Assembly: GCA_031409335.1 (NCBI GenBank)
Contig: JANNWY010000251.1
Coordinates: 1 to 32,653, forward strand
Source of the DNA: Chthoniobacteraceae bacterium
GTDB lineage: Bacteria; Verrucomicrobiota; Verrucomicrobiia; Chthoniobacterales; Chthoniobacteraceae
Reading direction: 5' to 3'
DNA length: 32,653 nucleotides
In this document: positions 1 to 8,300 of the stretch, piece after piece
Position numbering within the stretch: the first letter of the stretch is position 1
How the letters are laid out: each line of letters begins with the position of its first letter
Notes under the pieces: generated by a model
Seen by the model: only the letters and a program-made list of their open reading frames with translations
Told to the model about the DNA's origin: nothing
Databases searched by the model: none
Translations under genes and position numbers: made by a program

Positions 1-108
1 GAGATCTTCGCCTATATCGAATCTTACTACAACACCCATCGGAAACATTCCTCCTTGGGCTACCTTTCACCAGCTCAATTCGAGTCAAATCTCTCCCAAA
101 ACATCTAA
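1..108 (+). CDS. IS3-family transposase (OrfB integrase core), 3' end only
   Basis: Frame 1 reads EIFAYIESYYNTHRKHSSLGYLSPAQFESNLSQNI*, matching the IS3 OrfB C-terminal pattern (YIE.FYN..R.HSSLGY.SP..FE). Truncated by the window start. Confidence 0.9.
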   Translation, partial: EIFAYIESYYNTHRKHSSLGYLSPAQFESNLSQNI

Positions 109-140
109 CTAAAAATGGTCCAGAAATCGGTTGCACCTCA
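1..140 (+). mobile_element. IS3-family insertion sequence, right end
   Basis: Transposase stop at 106-108 is followed by ...TGGTCCAGAAATCGGTTGCACCTCA ending in CA at 140, as expected for an IS3 terminal inverted repeat (5'-TG...CA-3'). AT-richer than the flank. Confidence 0.8.
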
Positions 141-145
141 AGCGC

Positions 146-1210
146 GTTTTCCCCACCCGCGTGGGGATGGTCCGCGGCGGCAACGCCAGATTGAATCGTT
201 GTGGTAGTTTTCCCCACCCGCGTAGGGATGGTCCGTGGCGGCTGCGATTCCATCAGAAAAGCCAGTGGTTTTCCCCACCCGCGTGGGGATGGTCCGTGGC
301 GGCTGCGATTCCATCAGAAAAGCCAGTGGTTTTCCCCACCCGCGTGGGGATGGTCCGTCTTTCACCCGCGCATCCGCCGCCGCCTCGGCGTTTTCCCCAC
401 CCGCGTGGGGATGGTCCGCGGAGTTCGAGTCGCGCCAAAAGGGCTAACGCGTTTTCCCCACCCGCGTGGGGATGGTCCGCCGCTTCGAGCGCACTCATGC
501 CGCCTCCTTCGGTTTTCCCCACCCGCGTGGGGATGGTCCGCCTTCTTCAGGCCACGTGATCGTCGCGTTCCAGTTTTCCCTCCCGCGTGGGGATGGTCCG
601 GCCGCGCTCATTGATGACGCGGACAAGCGCGAGTTTTCCCCACCCGCGTGGGGATGGTCCGCGGCTTGCGGAGCTGGGTTACGATCCGGCGATGTTTTCC
701 CCACCCGCGTGGGGATGGTCCGCTCGTCGGGCCCGCTCCCGTATTGTTTCATCCGTTTTCCCCACCCGCGTGGGGATGGTCCGCGGCTGGTGCATCTCGG
801 CCCGCGCACGGTGATGTTTTCCCCACCCGCGTGGGGATGGTCCGCAAACAGCGATTTCAAAGGCCACGGAATGCCAGTTTTCCCCACCCGCGTGGGGATG
901 GTCCGCGTTAAAGGAGCCCAATGCTCGCACATTCTGTGTTTTCCCCACCCGCGTGGGGATGGTCCGACCTGCTCGATGGCTGCGTTACGGTTGGCCTCGT
1001 TTTCCCCACCCGCGGGGGGATGGTCCGCGCATTGCGTATCGCGGCCTGAGCGAGGATGTGTTTTCCCCACCCGCGTGGGGATGGTCCGTCGAATCCTGAG
1101 ACGCCGATGGAATGGCTATCGTTTTCCCCACCCGCGTGGGGATGGTCCGCTGTTCCGGCGTGTCGCTCTTGATGTCAGCAAGTTTTCCCCACCCGCGCGG
1201 AGATCCTCTG
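146..1210 (+). CRISPR. CRISPR array, type I-E-like 29-bp repeat GTTTTCCCCACCCGCGTGGGGATGGTCCG; 18 repeats, 17 spacers of 32 bp
   Basis: Repeats start at 146, 207, 268, 329, 390, 451, 512, 573 (28-bp variant), 633, 694, 755, 816, 877, 938, 999, 1060, 1121 and 1182 (degenerate terminal). 61-bp period, internal TCCCCAC/GTGGGGA hairpin, and resemblance to the E. coli I-E repeat. The degenerate repeat on the right places the leader on the left. Confidence 0.98.
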
Positions 1211-1373
1211 CGAAGGCGCGAGCAAGACGAATGAAGAGCGCCTGACGGGCCGTTCGCCTGGCAACAAGATCGTGATTATCAAAGGCGGCGCGCGGCACAT
1301 CGGCGAAGTCTTGGACGTGCAGATCGAGCGTTCGAGCGGCTTCAGCCTCTACGGAAACCCGGCGGTAATGTAG
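1200..1373 (+). pseudogene. miaB: 3' fragment (TRAM domain) of tRNA methylthiotransferase MiaB
   Basis: Reads EILCEGASKTNEERLTGRSPGNKIVIIKGGARHIGEVLDVQIERSSGFSLYGNPAVM*, like the MiaB C-terminus (EILxEG.SK....L.GR...NK.V......IG...DV.I......SL.G). No start codon or upstream radical-SAM part; it begins inside the last CRISPR repeat. Confidence 0.8.
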
Positions 1374-1379
1374 GAACGG

Positions 1380-1417
1380 GAAACGAAACAATCACGGCGC
1401 GGAAACATTTCGGTAAC
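1380..1417 (+). promoter_or_regulatory. Possible OmpR/PhoB-family binding site (11-bp-period direct repeats)
   Basis: GAAAC (1380), ATCAC (1391), GAAAC (1402), GTAAC (1413) at exact 11-bp spacing, just upstream of the ATG at 1440. Confidence 0.3.
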
Positions 1418-1439
1418 ACCCTGCCGGGATGCTGGCGGC

Positions 1440-2108
1440 ATGAAAACCATGCCGCTCCCGCCCCGCGCGTTCACCCTCATCGAACTCCTCGTGGTGATCT
1501 CCGTCATCGCGATTCTCATGGCCCTGCTTTTCCCCGCGCTCAACAGCGTGCGTGAGCAGATGCGACGCGAACAGGCGCACAACGATGTGCTGAGCATCGT
1601 GAACGCGGTAAAAAACTATCAGACAGAATACGGAAAGCTCCCGCGCGTGACGCCAGCATCTGCCAACGCGCCGGACGGCGATGTGCTCGTGGGAGACGCG
1701 GACGCGAAAGCCGCGATCGACAACAGCGCGCTCATGGACACGCTCCGCGCCATCGCGCGCGGCCTCAATGAGCGCCACGCTTTGAACCCGAGGCAGATCA
1801 TTTTCCTCGAAGGCAAAATCGCGCGCGCCGCCCGCGCGCCGCGAGCTGGCTTTGCTGACAACGCGGAGTCAGAGAAGCGCGGGTGCTTCTACGATCCCTG
1901 GGGAAAACAATACTGCGTGGTGATGGACACCGACTACGGCAACTCGATCGACGTCGCCGCGCAATACAGCGACTTCAGCGGCGAAAGCGCGCCACGCGTG
2001 ACCGTCGGCGCTTTCGCGATGGGAAAAGACGGCACGCTGGGCACCAAAGGCGACGGCAAGTTTCGGAAAGGCGACGCGATCTCGGACGATGTGCTCTCGT
2101 GGCGGTAA
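1440..2108 (+). CDS. Prepilin-type N-terminal cleavage/methylation domain protein (pseudopilin-like)
   Basis: RA|FTLIELLVVISVIAILMALLFPA N-methyl motif, then Y..EYG.LP and a later DPWG..Y motif. Confidence 0.9.
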   Translation: MKTMPLPPRAFTLIELLVVISVIAILMALLFPALNSVREQMRREQAHNDVLSIVNAVKNYQTEYGKLPRVTPASANAPDGDVLVGDADAKAAIDNSALMDTLRAIARGLNERHALNPRQIIFLEGKIARAARAPRAGFADNAESEKRGCFYDPWGKQYCVVMDTDYGNSIDVAAQYSDFSGESAPRVTVGAFAMGKDGTLGTKGDGKFRKGDAISDDVLSWR

Positions 2109-2121
2109 GCGGGCCCGCTGC

Positions 2122-2232
2122 TGAAAGCCGAAGGCCCTGGACTGCGGTGATTCCTTCACCGCTCTGGGAAAACGCGCACTGCCGAGGAAAAGCGGTGAAG
2201 GAATCACCGCAGTCCAGAGCCTTCGGCTTTCA
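2122..2232. repeat. REP doublet (REPIN-like) long inverted repeat
   Basis: 42-bp arms 2122-2163 and 2191-2232 with one mismatch. Each arm holds its own GCGGTGA/TCACCGC hairpin. Intergenic. Confidence 0.85.
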
Positions 2233-2262
2233 TTGTCCGAGGAAGTTTGCTGCGATGCGCGG

Positions 2263-3462
2263 ATGAATATCGCGATCATCGGCGGCGGACCCGCAGGCTT
2301 GCGGGCGGCGGAAGTGGCGGCGTCCGATGGGGCGGCGGTGACGCTTTTTGATGCGAAGGCTTCGGTCGGAAGGAAGTTTCTTGTCGCGGGAAAGGGCGGG
2401 CTGAATCTGACGAATGCGGTTTCGCGGGAGGAGTTCGTGCCGCAGTATTCGGGGCCGGCGGAGTTGTGGGCTTCCCTTATCGCGGACTTCGATGCGGATG
2501 CGCTGCGCGAGTGGGCGGCGGAATTGGGTGTGGAAACTTTCGCGGCTTCGACGGGGCGGGTTTATCCGCGCGAGATGAAGGCTGCTCCGTTGTTGCGGCG
2601 GTGGGTGCAGCGGTTGCGCGAGGCGGGCGTGAAATTTGCCGCGCGTCATCGCTTCACCGGGCTGCGGCGCGGCGATGGATGGGAGCTGGATTTTCAAACG
2701 CCGGAAGAGCCGCGAACATTCCGCGCCGATGCGGTGATCCTAGCTCTCGGCGGTGGCTCGTGGCCGGAGACGGGATCGGATGGGGCGTGGGTTTCGCCGC
2801 TGGAAAAACTCGGCGTCGAAATCGCGCCGCTGCAACCGGCGAATTGCGGATGGGAATTTCCGTGGCCGCGCGCAGTGCTCGATGCGGCGGAAGGGCAGCC
2901 GCTGAAAAGCATCGCGGCGCGCGCGGGCGGCGTGGAAGTGCGCGGCGAATTGCTCGTGACGAAATACGGACTCGAAGGCGGCGCGCTTTACCAGCTCGGC
3001 CCGCAACTCCGCGCGCTGCCGGACATCGCGATCGACTTCAAACCTTCGTCCGCGATCGAACAGCTCGTCGCGAAGATGGGACCGGTCCGGCGCAACTTCC
3101 TAACCGAGGCACGCACGCGCTGGAAACTCAACGATGCGGTTTTCGCGATCGTGAGCCACGTCCCCGGACCGCGCGAATGGGCGTCCGCCGCAGCGCTCGC
3201 CGCTCACGTGAAAAACTGCCCGCTCCGGCTCACCGGTCCGCGCCCGATCGCGGAGGCGATCTCCAGCGCGGGCGGCGTTTGCTGGCGGGAGCTGGATGAC
3301 AATTTGATGCTGCGCAAATTGCCCGGCGTTTTCGTCGCGGGCGAGATGATCGACTGGGAAGCGCCCACGGGCGGTTATCTCATCCAGGGATGTTTTGCGA
3401 TGGGCACACGCGCGGCGCGCGGGGCGCTCACCGCGGGGTCGGCGTCGGGATTTCTCGGATGA
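2263..3462 (+). CDS. HI0933/YhiN (BaiN-like) family FAD-dependent oxidoreductase
   Basis: IIGGGPAGL FAD motif, GRKFLVAGKGGLNLTN, GRVYP, LALGGGSWPETGSDG, EAISSAGGV, AGEMIDWEAPTGGYLIQ. Start set at ATG 2263. Confidence 0.92.
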   Translation: MNIAIIGGGPAGLRAAEVAASDGAAVTLFDAKASVGRKFLVAGKGGLNLTNAVSREEFVPQYSGPAELWASLIADFDADALREWAAELGVETFAASTGRVYPREMKAAPLLRRWVQRLREAGVKFAARHRFTGLRRGDGWELDFQTPEEPRTFRADAVILALGGGSWPETGSDGAWVSPLEKLGVEIAPLQPANCGWEFPWPRAVLDAAEGQPLKSIAARAGGVEVRGELLVTKYGLEGGALYQLGPQLRALPDIAIDFKPSSAIEQLVAKMGPVRRNFLTEARTRWKLNDAVFAIVSHVPGPREWASAAALAAHVKNCPLRLTGPRPIAEAISSAGGVCWRELDDNLMLRKLPGVFVAGEMIDWEAPTGGYLIQGCFAMGTRAARGALTAGSASGFLG

Positions 3463-3940
3463 TTTTCGGCGGCTCCTTGCGCGGGGCGGGTTTTTTCTTG
3501 CCGCAATCCTTCACGATCAACGCGAGGCCCAGCAGGATGACGACGAGCCCGACCCAATTGAGCACGCTCATTTTCGTATCGATCATCTGCCAAGCCGGGA
3601 TGCGCTTCACCGTTTTCTCGATCTCATTCGTCAGCCGCTCGCGCGCTTTCGCCAGCGGCTCCGGCGCGCCGTTCTCGCCGCCGATGCGGAAGACGCCGGC
3701 GGACGGCTCGATCACCACGTCGATGTCTCCGCCCGAAGCATACCGACGGAAGTGCATGTGAAACGCATTCCCATTTCCGAGCCACGTCAACGCGCCGTCC
3801 CAGTCCGAGCCCATGAACAAAATCTCCTCGCCCGTCGCCGCCCATTTCACCACTGGCGAACAGATCACATGCGACATCCGGCCATCGAATTCCTCCCACT
3901 CGATCCGCACCGTGCCATCTGGCGAAAGGCTCGGCTCCAT
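3428..3940 (-). CDS. Hypothetical protein with one C-proximal transmembrane helix
   Basis: ATG 2 bp after the C25 gene stop. Hydrophobic stretch VLNWVGLVVILLGLALIV followed by a basic, Pro-rich tail. Overlaps the flavoprotein 3' end by 35 bp tail-to-tail. Confidence 0.7.
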   Translation of the reverse strand: MEPSLSPDGTVRIEWEEFDGRMSHVICSPVVKWAATGEEILFMGSDWDGALTWLGNGNAFHMHFRRYASGGDIDVVIEPSAGVFRIGGENGAPEPLAKARERLTNEIEKTVKRIPAWQMIDTKMSVLNWVGLVVILLGLALIVKDCGKKKPAPRKEPPKIIREIPTPTPR

Positions 3941-3942
3941 GC

Positions 3943-5364
3943 CTAACCGACCGCCAGCCGCACCGCCGGATCGCCGATGATGATGTAGCTGCGCGCGTCA
4001 TTGTGCGCCGTCCACATCCCGGAAAGCTCCACGTCATCCGGGACTTTTCCGTATTGAATTTCCTCCTTCTCGCTGGTGAGGACGGTCGCGAGTTCGGCGT
4101 AGCGTTCGTTGAAAAATTCCATCGCGCGCCCGACGGGCTGGCCTTGCAAAAGCCGGATCAGCGATCCGTCGAAAACCGCGAGCTGTTCGCCCGCGCGTTT
4201 CCACATGAACGAGCAACCCCACGCGCGCTCGACGTGGCCGACCACCGCGAGCATTCCACGATTCAGCAGCCGCTTCGGAAGTCGCCCGAGGAATCCGTGC
4301 GGCGCGATTTCGGAACGCACCCCCGTCGCGACGTGCGCGAAATCATCCAGCTTCGGCGTGCCCGCGCCGTAGCACGCGAAGAAAAATCCGATCGTCCCTT
4401 TCATCGCAGGCGAATCGCCGAGATCGTCCGCGGCGAAATAGAATTCCGGCGGAATCGCTTTCCGCCATTGAATCGGTCCCGGCCAATCCTGGCACAGCAG
4501 CGCGCCTTGATGTTCGAGCTGGCGCGCGTCCCCGTTTGGAAAACCCATGCCGTGACTCGCGGAGAAAAAAAACGCGGGAGCGTCCGCGCCGCCGAGGTAA
4601 TTGGAAAGTCGCGCCTTCGTCGCATCGGCGGCGAGTACGGTGTCGCATTTCCAATCGGGAAGCTCGCCCGCGAGTTTGGCCGCGAGCGGCTTCACGAGAT
4701 GATCCGCGCTCAATTGCGTCGCCTGATCGCCCGCATTGCGCACTCCGAAAAACACCGCGCGCCGCTCCAGCACGCGCGGCTGCGTTTCCGCCTCCACGAC
4801 GTTTCGCGCGTACTGCGCGTACTCTTCGATCGTATCGAAATGAATCCGTCCGACCGCGTACTGCACATCGAGCAGATACTGAAACCGAAACGGAATCGCC
4901 TCGGGATCGCCGACGAGCAGCAGATAGTACGGCACCTTGTCGGGATCGGCAGGCCCCGGCCCCACGCCGTGGCGCGCGAGAAATTGCGGGCTCGATTCAC
5001 CCGGCCGCAGCCCGCGCACGCCGGAGTATTCCTGGTAGCGTTTCTCGATCGCCGCCGTGGCCTGCGCCTTTCGCAGATCGAGCAGCGGCGCGAGCGCTTC
5101 GCGGATCGCCGGGTCGGCATCGTGCGCGAAAATCACGCCCCAGCCGGTGTACACGAGTTGCGTCTCGTCGCCTTTCACCAGCGAGCGCACGCCGAAATGC
5201 GGCTGGCTCACCTGCTCCCATTTTTGCGCGAGCGCGCGCAGTTGCGCGGGGTCCAGTTTTTCGCCCTGCGCGATTTTTGAAATGTCGTTCGTCGTCAGCG
5301 GCGGCAGCAGATAGCTGCCCGTCGCGCCGTCGATGCCGTTGAAAATGATGGGCTCGGGTTCCAT
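3943..5364 (-). CDS. Peptidase C25 (gingipain-like, clan CD) cysteine protease, no signal peptide
   Basis: YYLLLVGDP..IP, AVGRI, FFFSASHG (His-Gly), FFFACYGAG (Cys) and C-terminal YIIIGDPAVRL, the motif order of C25 proteases. Confidence 0.8.
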   Translation of the reverse strand: MEPEPIIFNGIDGATGSYLLPPLTTNDISKIAQGEKLDPAQLRALAQKWEQVSQPHFGVRSLVKGDETQLVYTGWGVIFAHDADPAIREALAPLLDLRKAQATAAIEKRYQEYSGVRGLRPGESSPQFLARHGVGPGPADPDKVPYYLLLVGDPEAIPFRFQYLLDVQYAVGRIHFDTIEEYAQYARNVVEAETQPRVLERRAVFFGVRNAGDQATQLSADHLVKPLAAKLAGELPDWKCDTVLAADATKARLSNYLGGADAPAFFFSASHGMGFPNGDARQLEHQGALLCQDWPGPIQWRKAIPPEFYFAADDLGDSPAMKGTIGFFFACYGAGTPKLDDFAHVATGVRSEIAPHGFLGRLPKRLLNRGMLAVVGHVERAWGCSFMWKRAGEQLAVFDGSLIRLLQGQPVGRAMEFFNERYAELATVLTSEKEEIQYGKVPDDVELSGMWTAHNDARSYIIIGDPAVRLAVG

Positions 5365-5388
5365 GGATTTGGAGTGGGTGAAATGACG

Positions 5389-8300
5389 TTATTTCGCGGG
5401 TTTCACCTCGACGTCCGGCAATCCCGGCCATGTCTTTCGCAGCGGGCCGTCACCCACGTAGGCGGCCCATTCGGTGTCGATTAAATTTCTGTTTGCGCGT
5501 TCGCGGCAGACGATTTTCAGTGCGTCGGGATGGAGTTCCCATTTGCGCAATTCACCGTCCCAACTTCCCGTGTATAGCCGTCGGCTGTCCGCGCTGAACG
5601 CGAGCGCGCGCACGGAATCGGTGTGCGCGGTGAGCCGCCCGGCGGGTTGCTTCGATTCCACATCCCAGAGGATCACCGAATGATCGTCGCTCCCCGACGC
5701 GAGCAATTTCCCATCCGGGCTGAACGCGGCGATCACCACCGGCGCGTGGTGTCCCGCGAGCGGCGGGGAAAGGCGCATCCGTGTTTCCGTATCCCAAATG
5801 ATCAGCGTGTTGTCGCCGCTCGTGGTCGCGAACATTTTCCCATCCGGGCTGAAGGCGACGCTGCGAATCTTGCCGGTGTGATCCTCGGGAAACTCCAGCA
5901 TTTGCGGCTTCTGATTTTTCACGACGCTCCAAATCACCGTCCGCTCGCCATCGCCACCCGTCACGAGCCGGTTGCCATCCGGGGTGAATTCGAGCGCGAA
6001 AAGTTCGTCGTCTTCTGGATTGGTGAGGGGATTGGCAAAAAGGAGTTCACCGCTCGCGACATCCCACACGAAAACTTTCGCGGGAACGGCGCTCACGCCG
6101 ACCGCGAGCTTCGCACCATCGCGACTCAGGCTGATCGTGGAGATCTTCCGCGCCGCGTCCTCCGCTTTCAGCGCGAATTTTCCGACGACCGTCGGCAAGC
6201 CATCCGCGCCGCTTTTTTCCAAATCGTGAATCCGCACGCCGCCATCCGGCGTGGTCGCGGCGAGCCGCCGGTTGTCTCTGCTGAAAGTGACGACGGGCAC
6301 CCACTTCGCGGCATCGTCCACGCGCTTGCGCGCGGCATCGGGGGGCAGCATTTCCGCGCGCACCTGCGCCTCGGCGCGCTTCATCGCTTCCGCGAACGTC
6401 AGCATTTGCTCCGAGGACGCTGGCCACTTCGTGAGGTCGCGCGTTTTCAGGACGACGCTGCCGCCGGCAAAGCCATTCGCCTCGCGTGTGCCATCCGCGC
6501 TGAAGGCGATGCTGAACGACGACTCGGATGCCTCCGCGCGACCCATCTCCGCCACATGAAACCATGTGTCCCACAGGATCGCCCGCCGATCCGCGCCGCC
6601 GGAAATCACGGTCTGCTTATCCGCGCTGAATGCGACGCTCAACACGCGGCCCACGTGGCCGGTGAAAGACGGACCCACGGTTTCCATCGACGGCACTTTC
6701 CACAGCCGCAGCGTCCCATCGAAACTCGACGTGACGAGCCGCGTCTCGTCCGGCCCGATGCCCGTGGTGCCCGGCGAAAACGCGAGCCCGCTCACGCCGC
6801 CATCGTGCATGCCAAATGCCGCGACGTTAAAGACCTCGCCCGGCTCCATCAGATTATACAAATCCACCGCTCCCGAACTACGGCCCGCGGCCAGGAATTT
6901 TCCATCCGCGCTGATCGCAAGACAGCGCACCGCGCTCACCGGCTGGTCTTTCCCCGCATCTTTCGGATGCTTTGCGGAAAAGGTCCACGGCTCGGCCGGC
7001 CACGCGTCGCCCTTCCGACTCAGGATCACGATGCGGCCATCCCGGCAACCCACGAAAAGCCGCGCGCCGGGAAGATCAAATGCCACCCCGCGAATCTCGA
7101 CATTCAACGACGGCAGCGCCTGGATCTTGCCGGTCGCGATATCCCAAAGATTGATTTGCCCCTTGCTGTCCGCGGACGCGAGCAGCGCGGATTTTCCACT
7201 GAACGCAACGGCCCACACGTCGCCCCGATGCGCGAATTCGGGCGGCAGGCGCTTCAACTCACCACTGCCCATATCGCGCACGACGATCGTCTGATCCTTG
7301 CTGCTCACGGCCATGTAGCGGTCATCGCCGCTGAAGGTGATCGTGCGCACCGCGTTCGCCACGAGGCCGGGCAGCCGCTCGACGATGCGGTGCGTCTTCA
7401 CGTCCCACACGAGCACCAGCCCGGTGTAGTCGCCGGTCACCACGCGCTTCTTGTCATGGCTGAAAGCGACCGCGCCAATCGACGACGGGGAACCGTGCAG
7501 ATAGGTCGTGAGCCGGGGATTGTGATACGCGGACGTGAGCAGGCTGCCGAGCGCGTCGGGCAATTGGCCGAGCCCGTTTTCCTCGGTGATGAGCTGCCCC
7601 TGCGTGGCCAGCAGCAGCGACACGTCGAGCCGCTCGTCCCGCATCTGGAATGCCCGCGCCGCAATGCTGCGCGCGTTCGCGATGTTGCGCTCGCGCGTCG
7701 CCTTGTCCCGCTGCTCTGTCGCCAGGTTGCGCTCGTTCTTCGCCATCTCCGCCTGGCCCAGCGCGTACCACGTCAGCCACGCGAAACCGCCCATCACCAC
7801 GGCCATCACGCACGCCGCCCAAAACGCCCATTTGTTTTTCCGCGCGTCGTGATTGCGCTGGCAGACTTCCAAAAAATCGCGCTCCGTCTGCGTCAGTTCG
7901 TCCGCGTGCTCGTCCGCCCACGCCTGCGCCTGCTTCCGCGCATCGCCGCGCAGACACAGCGCATCCGCGCGGCCCTGATTATTCCACACCGCCGCCTGGT
8001 GCTGGAGAACGCTGAGATTCCGCTCGCGCCACGCCGCGTTGTCCGCGCGGATTGGCTTCACCATGCGATCGTGCGCCAGCTCCAGCCACGTCACGCCGCG
8101 GCGCTCTTCACCGCGGATGAGATGCACATCGACGAGCTTCTGGATCGCCGTCTCATTCACTTCGCGGCTGTTCTCCGAGCCCACCATCACCTGGCTGCGG
8201 ATCCCGCCCTCCGTGATTAGCCGCCGGTCGAACCACTCGCGCAACACCCGCTCCGGCAGCTTGCTCGCCGCCGCGATCTGCGCCACCCGCTCCGCGTAAT

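Noticed and set aside
175..1181. Self-targeting spacers
   Set aside because: No spacer match elsewhere in the window was seen by eye; an alignment is needed to exclude partial matches.
131..1245. Many ORFs on both strands over the CRISPR array
   Set aside because: They are translations of the repeat (VFPTRVGMVR / FPHPRGDGP / FSPPAWGWS), not genes.
1440..1500. Ala instead of Gly before the prepilin cleavage site (RA|FTLIE)
   Set aside because: A common variant in PVC-group prepilin-like proteins; not unusual.
3428..3940. Gasdermin identity for the small gene next to the proteases
   Set aside because: Too short, has a classical TM helix, and lacks the N-terminal Cys and other features expected of bacterial gasdermins.
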